Shown here one piece after another: positions 29,575 to 38,947 of a stretch of DNA of 64,000 bases (its first letter is position 1; each line of letters starts with the position of its first letter). Under the pieces are notes generated by a model. It was not told the origin of the DNA. It saw only the letters and a program-made list of their open reading frames with translations, and searched no databases. The DNA comes from Alteromonas sp. (lineage in GTDB: Bacteria; Margulisbacteria; Marinamargulisbacteria; UBA6595), in contig CAXPTH010000003.1 of NCBI GenBank assembly GCA_964220215.1, positions 1 through 64,000 of the forward strand. The letters are read 5' to 3'. The position numbers and the translations under genes are program-made.

Positions 29575-30510
29575 TTAAAATGTTATGCCTGCAAACACGG
29601 TGCCAACGAGGGTTCGTTCTTTGGTTAGTCGTTTCCGACCATATTCATCTACGGATAGCTCCCCTGGATTTTCTTGAAATCTGGCTTGCGTGCCAATTAG
29701 TATCGAATTTATGCTGAGCATAGCCCCCAATTCGCCATATACTGATACTTGATTATTGGTGTAATAGAATTGCCGGGGTTGAACAATAAGATCTTCCCTC
29801 TTGATATTATCGATATCATTCACAATAGATTCAATTAGATTTTGTCTTGGTAACGTGTAGTTTTTCCCATAAATGCTGGCTGTGCTAATCACGAGCCCTC
29901 CGCCAATGTACAGATCAAATTGGGTATTGTATGCGTGTTTGGCGTACAGTGATTTGCGCACTCCCAACCGGCCGGCGTGGATGTATTTGCTGCTACCACT
30001 GTTGGATAAGTTAAATATTTCGGTTAGGTTACTTGTGTCCCGGAAAGCATACATATTCGCATCAATAGCTATATATATAACTGGCATCTTTATGGTAACC
30101 CCTGGACGATATTCATGAACAACGGTATGCCCGTATCCGGCGACAACCCATAGTTGAGGGCTTAGCCATTGCCGGCTAATTTCAATGCCTTGTTCATACC
30201 CAAACCGTTTGCTTGGTTTTAGGCTTACTGTGTAATTTGTATTTTCATTTCCATTAATATAGTATTCCTCAACCGATTTAGCTGGCGGTTGACTGCTTTG
30301 GTATGGCCCGGGTCCCAGGGGTAGACCACCATATAGTCGTACTTGCCACATGCCCCAGTTGGGTTTTCGAGTCTGTTTATTGTGTGTCGTGTTTACTTCA
30401 TCCGTAGCGTTTTCGTGAATGTTGTAATGCAGCTCGGCAAATCCATTGGTTGTGTATAAACCGATGAATACAGCGATGATAAATTTAGTGTGCAAGTTTA
30501 GTTTTTTCAT
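29575..30510 (-). CDS. Putative outer-membrane beta-barrel protein
   Basis: Sec signal MKKLN...TNGFA, amphipathic strands (LYIGGGL, VYGELGA) and C-terminal beta-signal-like VGTVFAGITF. Confidence 0.7.
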   Translation of the reverse strand: MKKLNLHTKFIIAVFIGLYTTNGFAELHYNIHENATDEVNTTHNKQTRKPNWGMWQVRLYGGLPLGPGPYQSSQPPAKSVEEYYINGNENTNYTVSLKPSKRFGYEQGIEISRQWLSPQLWVVAGYGHTVVHEYRPGVTIKMPVIYIAIDANMYAFRDTSNLTEIFNLSNSGSSKYIHAGRLGVRKSLYAKHAYNTQFDLYIGGGLVISTASIYGKNYTLPRQNLIESIVNDIDNIKREDLIVQPRQFYYTNNQVSVYGELGAMLSINSILIGTQARFQENPGELSVDEYGRKRLTKERTLVGTVFAGITF

Positions 30511-30559
30511 TTTTCCCTTCTAATTCCCCTTCTATTTTTCCCTTCTAATTCTCCTTCTA
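30510..30559 (-). repeat. 25-bp tandem duplication giving four TAGAAGG(G/A) SD-like elements
   Basis: tttttcccttctaattccccttcta and tttttcccttctaattctccttcta (1 mismatch), directly upstream of the ATG at 30510. Confidence 0.9.
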
Positions 30560-30611
30560 ATATTTTTGATTTTATGTGTTTCTCTGTTTTATTTTTAAAA
30601 ACACAACTTAA

Positions 30612-30640
30612 ATTATAATAAAATTCGATACAAATGTCAA
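30612..30640 (-). promoter_or_regulatory. Perfect-consensus sigma70 promoter TTGACA-17-TATAAT
   Basis: Plus strand tgtcaa at 30635-30640 and attata at 30612-30617, 17-nt spacer, AT-rich UP-like flank. Confidence 0.85.
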
Positions 30641-30700
30641 CAATTTATTTTAAAAATGGATTAATTTGTGTCAAAAATAGAGGGGCGGTTTGGGTGTTGA

Positions 30701-31750
30701 TTAGAGATAGTTGTCTGGGTGGGGGATGGGTAGATTTAGATGGGGGTATCGATCCGTGAGTGATCGGGCAAAATGGTAGTCAAGTTCTTGAATAGACTGG
30801 GGCAGTGGGTATAAGTGCCCATAGTGCATGGCGGTGTAGTGGGGGCCTTCTCCAAAAAACCGTTGCCACATGTCCCAGCGTTCCATACAGAAGTAAATGA
30901 GGGTTTCTGGCTTCAGGTATCGGTAAAGATCGGCCAAAATATGGGCATACATCTGGTTTCGAATGGGTTTTGGGTATCGCAATTTGCCATCATCCCCCAG
31001 TACCATTTCAGCGGCAGTGAGTGAAGACGTTGGAAAATTGCTTTCCATTTTCTTTTTCATTTCGGGTTTGAATCGCAAGGAGCCAATGGATAGCCAGGCT
31101 AATCGATCGGGTTGAATGTGTGCAAACAATTGATCCACTAAATCGGTGTATTCGGCTTCCCAGTTATCATGAATAATCATGGGGTCAATGTGCACGCCCA
31201 CCAGGTAGCCGGCATCGTAAACCGCTTTCATGGCGGCCAATCGATCCGCTAGTCGCGCGGTTTTATGTTCTTCGGCATTCACTACGGCATGGGTGTTTAG
31301 CGACCAAGACACAACGGTTTTTTGCCCGTGATCTAGGGTTAAAATGGGGGCGACTACATCGGATTTTGTTTTTAGCTCCAGTAAGGCATTGGGGATATCT
31401 CGAAATCGCTCAATGAGCGCCGCCGCTTGACCGGTTTGAACCTCCAATGCGAGGCTGTCGCCCAGTTCCCAGGTGCCAATTCGAAAGAGCCGGTTGGGTT
31501 CTCGATCCACTTTTTCGTGGACATTGGCCATGATGGCGTCAATGTCTTGAATGACTTTGGTGTTGCCGTCGTTGAGGTAGTCTTGTAAAAAACAGTAGCT
31601 GCAATCAAAGGGGCAATTGCTTACGGTTTTAATAACTTGAACATTGCAGCATACATATTTGTTGCTAATGGTGGCACAGGTGTCCATGACATCGCCTTTT
31701 TTGGGGATATATTGGATCTTCGCTTTGCCGTCGCGATAGTATCGGCTCAT
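30701..31750 (-). CDS. Spore photoproduct lyase-like radical SAM protein
   Basis: NCPFDCSYCFLQ, ELGDSLALE, LELKTKS, VSWSLN, GVHIDP, DGKLRY, YFCME. Confidence 0.85.
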   Translation of the reverse strand: MSRYYRDGKAKIQYIPKKGDVMDTCATISNKYVCCNVQVIKTVSNCPFDCSYCFLQDYLNDGNTKVIQDIDAIMANVHEKVDREPNRLFRIGTWELGDSLALEVQTGQAAALIERFRDIPNALLELKTKSDVVAPILTLDHGQKTVVSWSLNTHAVVNAEEHKTARLADRLAAMKAVYDAGYLVGVHIDPMIIHDNWEAEYTDLVDQLFAHIQPDRLAWLSIGSLRFKPEMKKKMESNFPTSSLTAAEMVLGDDGKLRYPKPIRNQMYAHILADLYRYLKPETLIYFCMERWDMWQRFFGEGPHYTAMHYGHLYPLPQSIQELDYHFARSLTDRYPHLNLPIPHPDNYL

Positions 31751-32661
31751 AGCAATGCCATCATACTGGATACTACGGGTTCAGCCTTTTGAAGTTGTTG
31801 GCTTAAGTGGTTGAGTTCGTGCGGGTCTCTGAGTGTGCAATGCAGGGCCAATTGGCGATTTTCCAAGCTATGGTCCCACTGAATTTGAATGCCGTCAGGT
31901 GCGGTTTGAGATAGTTGGGTTAGCTGGGCATTGACGGTATGCACGGTGGGTTGGACTTGGTTGCTTAGATGCTGAATTAATGCGGAAGCTCCCTGGGTCT
32001 TGAGAATGTGCTGCGTGTCTGGCTCAGCAAGGATGGCGGATGCGGGTGTATTGTGACGTTTAGATAAGTCATGCAATTGATCGGCAATGCGAAGCCAATT
32101 GCTGCTGGATACGTGTACAGACGCAACGACTGTTTCTAGAGTATGCAAGAGCTCTTGGGTATAGGAAGCCAGTCGCAAGCACACGGCAAAACTTAGGGCG
32201 TGTTGGTGGCAGCGGGTTTGAATTGTTTGGGGTAGCTGAGCGATTTTTTTACTGTGAACGAGCAGTGCGTTGTAATGCTGAAGGCCCAAGGGGGCGCAGT
32301 GGTCGGCCAATGAGGCCGTCGTGGATTTCCAGTTTAATAAAAACAAGACTTTTTGCATCACTGAACGGTTTAGTTTTTCTGCGTGGGCCTCGAGCATGAG
32401 CGTGTATTGCTCAAATTCAGACGCGGGTATTAGGCTGGCCAGGATATGCGTGCTGGGGCAGTGTGTTAAGCGTTGGTAGCCGTCTAGTAGCGTATAGCCA
32501 TCTGCGGTAGGGGTTACCCATATGGGCGATAGGATTCCGGTTTGATGCATTGACTGAACCAACGATTCGCGTGGTGGCGTGGCTAGATGTTTGGGGAAGC
32601 TGGATTCGTAGTCTGTGATGTTAATGTCTGCAATCGCAATAGTGGTTTGGCGTATTCCCAT
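31747..32661 (-). CDS. ParB/Srx N-terminal domain protein
   Basis: LVQSMHQTGILSPIWV...YTLLDGYQRL; ATGA overlap with the radical SAM gene. Confidence 0.75.
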   Translation of the reverse strand: MGIRQTTIAIADINITDYESSFPKHLATPPRESLVQSMHQTGILSPIWVTPTADGYTLLDGYQRLTHCPSTHILASLIPASEFEQYTLMLEAHAEKLNRSVMQKVLFLLNWKSTTASLADHCAPLGLQHYNALLVHSKKIAQLPQTIQTRCHQHALSFAVCLRLASYTQELLHTLETVVASVHVSSSNWLRIADQLHDLSKRHNTPASAILAEPDTQHILKTQGASALIQHLSNQVQPTVHTVNAQLTQLSQTAPDGIQIQWDHSLENRQLALHCTLRDPHELNHLSQQLQKAEPVVSSMMALL

Positions 32662-32773
32662 AATTGTCTAATCAGTGTACCATTTTGATTAAAGACTTTA
32701 AATTGATTAATTAACTTGATTGAATTTTAGATATAGTCTTAATCTTAATTGCATAAAATCAAGAGGAGCTTTT

Positions 32774-33487
32774 ATGACAAACATATCCAGATGTAATGCC
32801 CGTCAATACCATGCATTATCGACACAAGGTAGTATTCCGCCTGCTCTGGCGGTAGTGATAGAAGAAGAAAAAAATATGCTTTGCTAAAGGCTTTGGAATA
32901 CGTTCAATCTAGCGGAAAATACTTGGCTCATCTCCCACAGTTTGCAGATAATAAAGACGTTGTTATGGCTGCGATTAATCAGAATCCGGTAGCAATTCAT
33001 TGGGCAGATAGTAGTCTTAAAGAAGATCCAGAAATTGCGTCTATGGCTCTCAATAAGGAACCCAAAACCTTGGAGTTTTTGCCTGATAGTATAAAAAATA
33101 ACAAGGAATTAGTGCTGGAAGCGGTTCAAAAATTCGGCTTAGTTTTTCGGCTTAGTTTTAGAGTACGCATCGGATGCGCTGAAAGATGATTCAGACGTAG
33201 TTGAAGCCGCTGTGAAAAGTTCTTGGGAATCATTTTTATTTGCATCTGATCGATTGAAGCAGTCTGGGCATATTCGTGCGGCTTCAGGCAAGGAAGATAG
33301 ATTTCTAAACCGTTTGAAGTGCGTTCACTCAACAATAAGTGGGCGAATTAGATTGCAACCAATTACTTTTTTTGATGATCGTTGTGAAGCTTCTGATAAA
33401 ATCCGTATTGTTTTGTCTGATTCTAATGATGAAAATATGAAAAATTGTTGGGGTTTACAATGGCTATTAAACTTTCCTTGCCAATAA
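32774..33487 (+). pseudogene. DUF4116-repeat protein broken by two frameshifts
   Basis: SD GAGGAG and ATG at 32774. Adding one A to the A7 run (32868-32874) joins it to LLKALEY; removing one copy of the 13-bp duplication ttcggcttagttt (33133-33158) gives KFGLVLEYASDALKDDSDVVEAAVK. Confidence 0.8.
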
Positions 33488-33781
33488 CTCGGCAGCTAAT
33501 CCCCCTCGATAGCATTGCGTTAGGTGGACGTATTTTTCAGCCCATTGCAAATGGGTATCATAGTTCCCCTGGACTGTTTTTACATAGCGTCCGGGAACGC
33601 CCACCCACAATTCATTGGGGCCGACTCGGGTGTTTTCTTTGATCACAGTTCCGGCGCCAATCGTGACCGACTCCCCAATAACCACGCACCGATTATTATC
33701 CCCAATAATATCCGCACTGGGCGCCACCCAGGCCGATTCATGAATCCGTGGGGATTGACTGGGGATGACCATGCATGGCAA
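33467..33781 (-). pseudogene. Internally deleted gamma-carbonic anhydrase/YrdA-like remnant
   Basis: PRIHESAWVAPSADIIGD, VVIGESVTIG, AGTVIKENT..VGVPGR are present, but the RGD/NIQD and Zn-His segments are missing. Confidence 0.65.
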
Positions 33782-33932
33782 TCGTGATTTTATTCTGGAA
33801 GCGGTGAAGCAGAATGGGGATGCGTTGCAGTTTGCGAGTGAGGAAGTGCGTGGTGATCGTGATATGGTGAAGGCAGCGGTGTGGGATTGTGAAAATGCGG
33901 TTCGGTATGTGAGGTGGTATAGTACTCAATGA
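33771..33932 (+). pseudogene. Second DUF4116 fragment (53 aa)
   Basis: Manual translation: MHGNRDFILEAVKQNGDALQFASEEVRGDRDMVKAAVWDCENAVRYV... Confidence 0.7.
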
Positions 33933-34796
33933 CTAAGTAGTTACAATCAATACAATACCAATCCCAATACTAAACACGAGTAAAAACAAGGCTGTTTGAG
34001 CTAAGGCCGAATTAAACGCTGGGCTTGGTGGCGTGTGTATAATTTGTAATGGGCGAATTAGCAGCGGTGTCGCTACATAGGCAATCGCAATGGGGTAACG
34101 GGACGCAAGAATGGCGGGGACACACAATGCAATGCCCAGCATTATCCAATACAGCACCCGGCCCATCGGCAGGCCAAACCGGACGACCAATGTGTATTTG
34201 CGGTTGTGCTGATCCTCCACACAATCTCGCATATTATTAACCAGCAAAATAGCCGCAGCCATGCAACCCGGAATTAGGCTCAGAATCAGGGCGTCTGAAT
34301 GCCACTGATGCGTATGCAAATAATACGCACTCCCCGTCGCCAGTGGACCCAGCAAACTAAATACGGCCAGATCTCCCAGACCATGATACGCCAATGGGTA
34401 CGGCCCGCCTGTATACATATACCCAACCGTAGCGCCCAAACCAATAATGCCCATCAAAATCCAGCCTCCCGCATATACTAGAGGCACACTACACATCAAA
34501 CCAGCCAAAAAGGTGCCCACCATCCACGCATACATGGTCGGAGGAGCGACCCATCCAGCGGCGGTCAATCGGGTGGTGCCATGCTGCCGGTTCCGATCGC
34601 CACCTCGTTTTGCATCGTAATAATCATTGGCTAAGTTCGTTCCCATTTGAAGGCAAATAATTGTTCCGCAGCCCCACGCAAATACCCAGGGTGAAAACGC
34701 CCCATGATGGTAGGCTAACGCACTGCCCAATACGGCTGGAGACAAACTAGCGGCCAATGTTTTAATGCGAATAGCGTATAGAAATAAGCGGAGCAT
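33933..34796 (-). CDS. menA: 1,4-dihydroxy-2-naphthoate polyprenyltransferase
   Basis: RIKTL, NLANDYYDAKRGGD, YTGGPYPLAYHGLGD, NNMRD..D...KYTL. Confidence 0.93.
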   Translation of the reverse strand: MLRLFLYAIRIKTLAASLSPAVLGSALAYHHGAFSPWVFAWGCGTIICLQMGTNLANDYYDAKRGGDRNRQHGTTRLTAAGWVAPPTMYAWMVGTFLAGLMCSVPLVYAGGWILMGIIGLGATVGYMYTGGPYPLAYHGLGDLAVFSLLGPLATGSAYYLHTHQWHSDALILSLIPGCMAAAILLVNNMRDCVEDQHNRKYTLVVRFGLPMGRVLYWIMLGIALCVPAILASRYPIAIAYVATPLLIRPLQIIHTPPSPAFNSALAQTALFLLVFSIGIGIVLIVTT

Positions 34797-35393
34797 CTAG
34801 GCCTGGCGCTGAATAATAAATCGGCCTCGGGGGGCAGCCAGATTGTCCAGGCAATGGGGGATTATGGCATTGAGCCATGCCGCATTAAACAGCGGTAAGG
34901 GTTTAACCAATTCAATGGCATGCCGATGGCAAAACTGTTTAAAATCATAAATCGATAAAAAGCGAATATTGGGACTTTCAAACCACGTATGAGGCAAGGA
35001 TGCGCTTTGAGGGGTGCGTCCCAACAAGCCTTGAATCCGATTGGGTAAAAAAGCAAAATTGGGAAAACTAATGATGCAGGTGGTGGCAATGCGTAAAATG
35101 GCATCCAATGTTGACACGGGGTCTTTAATTTCTTGCAATGTTTCGGAAAAAATAACCACGTCAAACGTATTGGGGCTAAATAAATCCAATCCACTATTAA
35201 TGTCGTGTTCAATAACATTCAACCCTTTGTTTAAGCATGTTAAAATATTATCCGGGTCAATATCAATGCCATAGGCGATAACCTGCTTGGTTTGAATTAA
35301 TAGCTCCATAAACTCCCCATTGCCACATCCCAGGTCCAAGACGCGAGCCCCTTGGTGTATTTCATTGACAATACTATGCTGAAATCCGATCAT
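34797..35393 (-). CDS. metW: Methionine biosynthesis protein MetW
   Basis: RVLDLGCGNG, SFPNF, W..SPNIRF; directly downstream of metX. Confidence 0.92.
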   Translation of the reverse strand: MIGFQHSIVNEIHQGARVLDLGCGNGEFMELLIQTKQVIAYGIDIDPDNILTCLNKGLNVIEHDINSGLDLFSPNTFDVVIFSETLQEIKDPVSTLDAILRIATTCIISFPNFAFLPNRIQGLLGRTPQSASLPHTWFESPNIRFLSIYDFKQFCHRHAIELVKPLPLFNAAWLNAIIPHCLDNLAAPRGRFIIQRQA

Positions 35394-36385
35394 AGCGCAC
35401 TCCGAAGCAATTGACTTAACTGTTCATTGGCCAATAAAAACCCGTCGTGTCCGTAGGGCGAATGCAGGGTTGCATACCGAACGGGCTTACCCAGCTCAAC
35501 CAAGGCCTGAACCATTCGCTTGCTTTCTGAAACAGGGTAGAGCCAATCGGAACTAATGGCAATAAAAAAATGCTGGGCTGTTGTGTTGGCAAACGCCGTT
35601 TTTAAATCGCCATACCGACGGTCCAGGTCAAAATAACTAATGGCTTTAGACAAATACTGATAACTGTATGGATCAAACTGATCTTTAAACTTGGTGCCTT
35701 GATAATGCAGGTAACTTTCAATTTGAAAATCATTGATAAAGTTGTAACTGTAGTCGGGTTTCGCATCTTGAAGATCACGGCCAAATCGATCCGCCAATAA
35801 ATCGCCAGACAAATAAGTAGTATGCCCCAGCATTCGAGCTAAAACCAAGCCGTCTCGTTGATGATTCAAAATGGCCTGTCGGCCAATGGCGTTAAACGCA
35901 AGGGCTTGGGTGGACAACCGGCTGGTGCACGCAATGGGGATGCACAATCGCAGAGCATCCGGATAACACAAGCTCCAGGTCAACGCTTGCATGCCACCCA
36001 TTGATCCCCCAATCACGGCGGCTAGTTGCTCAATTCCCAACTGCTGAATGCATGCGTGTTGAACCGCAACCATGTCTTCAATGGTAATGACCGGAAAGGC
36101 ATCGGACGTGGGGCCTGTGCTGCCTTTGCAGCTGCCCAGCACGTTGGTGCATAGGACATAGTACCGGGTTGTATCAATGGCTTTGTGGGGGCCAACGTAG
36201 TCATCCCACCAGCCATCTGGCCCAGCAGCATGGCTGTCTGCTGTGAGGGTGTGGCACAGTAAAATGGCGTTGCTTTTTTTGGCATTTAATGTGCCCCAGG
36301 TTTCATAGGCAACCGTAATATTACCCAAGGATTCCCCAGACGCTAAGCGTAATGGCTCGGATTCAAAGCATTGCATGGTTGGCAT
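35390..36385 (-). CDS. metX: Homoserine O-acyltransferase
   Basis: AYETWG.LN, GWWD, GGSMGGMQ, SSDWLYP, YGHDGFL. Confidence 0.95.
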   Translation of the reverse strand: MPTMQCFESEPLRLASGESLGNITVAYETWGTLNAKKSNAILLCHTLTADSHAAGPDGWWDDYVGPHKAIDTTRYYVLCTNVLGSCKGSTGPTSDAFPVITIEDMVAVQHACIQQLGIEQLAAVIGGSMGGMQALTWSLCYPDALRLCIPIACTSRLSTQALAFNAIGRQAILNHQRDGLVLARMLGHTTYLSGDLLADRFGRDLQDAKPDYSYNFINDFQIESYLHYQGTKFKDQFDPYSYQYLSKAISYFDLDRRYGDLKTAFANTTAQHFFIAISSDWLYPVSESKRMVQALVELGKPVRYATLHSPYGHDGFLLANEQLSQLLRSAL

Positions 36386-36426
36386 AGTCTTAATGATACC
36401 GGGTTTTTTGCTGGTAGTGCCAGTCT

Positions 36427-37497
36427 TTAGCTGGATCCAATAATGCCGCCGCCCACCACGCGATTTTTGTCATAGAGCACTAGCGACTGTCCATTGGCTG
36501 TGGCATGGGTGGGGGTATTGAGTTGGATGACAGCCGTTGCCGATACGGGATCATAGGCTTGAACAGTGCCTAAAATTGGGGGCATTTGATACCGGGTTTT
36601 AATGGAATATGTCTGGGTATGGATGGGTTCATTGGGATTCATAAAGCTCACGGTATGAAGCGAAACCGTTTGAATACTCATGGCGGGTTGTGTGTCCACA
36701 ATGACGCGGTTGGTGTCGGTGTCTAGCTCAATGACGTAGTAGGGTACTTCGGTTCCTAAGTTAAGTCCCCGACGTTGGCCCACCGTGTACAAGTACAGGC
36801 CCTGGTGGTCCCCCAAATAGCGCCCGGTTGTGTCCACAATCGACCCGGGTTTTCGATCCGCCGGATCACTGTGTTTTTCCACAAACGGTTTGTAGTTTTG
36901 CACGAAGCAAATATCTTGACTTTCTTTTTTATTGGCGGTAATTAGGCCGTGGTCTTGGGCAATGCGTCGAATCTCGGTTTTGGTGTAGCCACCCAATGGA
37001 AACAACACACGGCTGAGGGTGGCTTGATTTAGCATGTATAAAAAATACGTTTGATCTTTTTGGTCATCCGCTGCTTGATTCAGGCGATAGGTTTTTGTTT
37101 TGTTCGAATAGGTTTTTTTGCAGTAATGCCCGGTGGCCACATAATCAATACCAAGCGCATTGGCTTTGTCTAACAAGGCATCAAATTTAATAAATCGATT
37201 GCAATTAACACAAGGATTTGGGGTTTCACCGTTTAAGTAGCTGCGAATAAATGGATCAATGACGGCATCTTTAAACAAGGTTTTGGTGTTGAGGGTGTAG
37301 TGGGGGATTCCCAATTGTGCGCACACGCGTTTGGCGTCGGTCACATCGCTAACATTGCAGCAGCGTGAAGCATGGGCATCATCCAGCAATTGCATGGTCA
37401 TGCCAATCACCCGATACCCACGTGATTTTAAAATAGCGGCACAGACCGATGAATCCACACCGCCACTCATCCCCACAATAACTGATTTTTTGCTCAT
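36427..37497 (-). CDS. mnmA: tRNA 2-thiouridylase
   Basis: GMSGGVDSS, TPNPCVNCN, ATGHY, KDQTYFL, ESQDICF, YTVGQRRG. Confidence 0.97.
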   Translation of the reverse strand: MSKKSVIVGMSGGVDSSVCAAILKSRGYRVIGMTMQLLDDAHASRCCNVSDVTDAKRVCAQLGIPHYTLNTKTLFKDAVIDPFIRSYLNGETPNPCVNCNRFIKFDALLDKANALGIDYVATGHYCKKTYSNKTKTYRLNQAADDQKDQTYFLYMLNQATLSRVLFPLGGYTKTEIRRIAQDHGLITANKKESQDICFVQNYKPFVEKHSDPADRKPGSIVDTTGRYLGDHQGLYLYTVGQRRGLNLGTEVPYYVIELDTDTNRVIVDTQPAMSIQTVSLHTVSFMNPNEPIHTQTYSIKTRYQMPPILGTVQAYDPVSATAVIQLNTPTHATANGQSLVLYDKNRVVGGGIIGSS

Positions 37498-37609
37498 TAT
37501 TAACTCTATTTTAGCATAATGCGTAAAATAATTTGACCGGTTAAGAATTGTTTGGAGCTCATCAAATTTATGTTTTATTTCAAATCGATTTTAATGGTAT
37601 ACTAAAAAG

Positions 37610-38947
37610 GTGGGAACAACTCAGACAGAGCAAATTTATATTGAAACATACGGATGCCAGATGAATGTCTACGACACCCAATTGGTGGAGTCGATTGTGT
37701 GCGAAGCTGGGCATACCCTGGTTAATACCGTAGAGGCGGCATCCGTTGTCATGCTCAACACCTGCTCGGTGAGAGAAAATGCGAATACCAAAGTGTACAA
37801 TCGCATTCACACCATTCGGCAAGCCAAGCAGAACCAACCCGTTAAAATTGGGATTCTAGGTTGCATGGCAACCAATTTCAAATCCGATTTACTCAATGAT
37901 CCCAAACTGAACATTGATTTTATTGCTGGGCCCGATAGTTACAAACAATTGCCGTCATTAATTAACAATTGTTACGACTCACAAGAAAAACCCTTTGATG
38001 TTACCTTGTCTGAGTTTGAAACCTATTCCGATGTAATGCCGGCTCAAAAAAGCGGGGTGAATGCCTGGTTGGCCATCATGCGCGGATGCAACAATTTTTG
38101 TTCGTTTTGTGTCGTGCCCTTTACCCGTGGGCGCGAACGCAGTCGCAGTGCCGACAATATTGTTGAGGAAGTGGAGCGCTTGGTCGCTCTGGGTTATGAA
38201 CAAGTTACGCTATTGGGCCAAAATGTTAATTCGTATCGGGATGAGCACTATGATTTTGCTGATTTAATGGCAAAAGTGAGTGATGTGCCGGGGATTCGAC
38301 GCATTCGATTTACATCCCCACACCCCAAAGACTTCCCCGAAAAATTGCTGCATGTGATTGCCGAGCGGGACAACATTTGCAATCAATTGCATATGCCCTT
38401 GCAATCAGGAAATACCGAATTGTTGAAAAAAATGAATCGCCCCTATACCAAAGAAGAATTTTTAGGTTTATTAGACACCGCACGTGCTATTATTCCCAAT
38501 GTGAGTATTAGCACTGATATTATTGTTGGGTTTCCCGGAGAAACGGACGCTGCTTTCGAAGATACGGCCGATGTCACCCGGCGCGCTAAGTTTGAAAAAG
38601 CCTATATATTTGAGTATTCGCCCCGAGAAAACACGTTAGCAAGCCGCCGGTACCCCGATGATGTTCCCAAGGCCATTAAAAACCAACGGTTGCAAATACT
38701 CAATGCCATTCAAAAAGAAAACAGAAGTCAAATTTTACTCAGTCAAGTGGGGCACGTTCAACGCATTTTGATGGATCAAGCCACGACTAAAAAAGGCAAC
38801 GATATGGCCGGTCGCAATGAATCGGATACCATTGTGATTGTGCCTGAAGCCATGGCGACCCATTTGGCTGTGGGGGATTGGGTGGATGTTACCATCACTG
38901 GGGCAACGCCTTTGGTTTTGTATGGCACGCCGGTGAATCATGAATAA
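37610..38947 (+). CDS. miaB: tRNA-2-methylthio-N6-dimethylallyladenosine synthase
   Basis: TYGCQMN, NTCSVRE, GCNNFCSFC.VP..RGRERSR, LLGQNVNSY, TRAM domain. Confidence 0.96.
   Translation: MGTTQTEQIYIETYGCQMNVYDTQLVESIVCEAGHTLVNTVEAASVVMLNTCSVRENANTKVYNRIHTIRQAKQNQPVKIGILGCMATNFKSDLLNDPKLNIDFIAGPDSYKQLPSLINNCYDSQEKPFDVTLSEFETYSDVMPAQKSGVNAWLAIMRGCNNFCSFCVVPFTRGRERSRSADNIVEEVERLVALGYEQVTLLGQNVNSYRDEHYDFADLMAKVSDVPGIRRIRFTSPHPKDFPEKLLHVIAERDNICNQLHMPLQSGNTELLKKMNRPYTKEEFLGLLDTARAIIPNVSISTDIIVGFPGETDAAFEDTADVTRRAKFEKAYIFEYSPRENTLASRRYPDDVPKAIKNQRLQILNAIQKENRSQILLSQVGHVQRILMDQATTKKGNDMAGRNESDTIVIVPEAMATHLAVGDWVDVTITGATPLVLYGTPVNHE

Noticed and set aside
31747..32661. Chromosome-partitioning parB
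   Set aside because: No parA or parS nearby, and GYQR replaces the GERRxRA patch; treated as ParB-like only.
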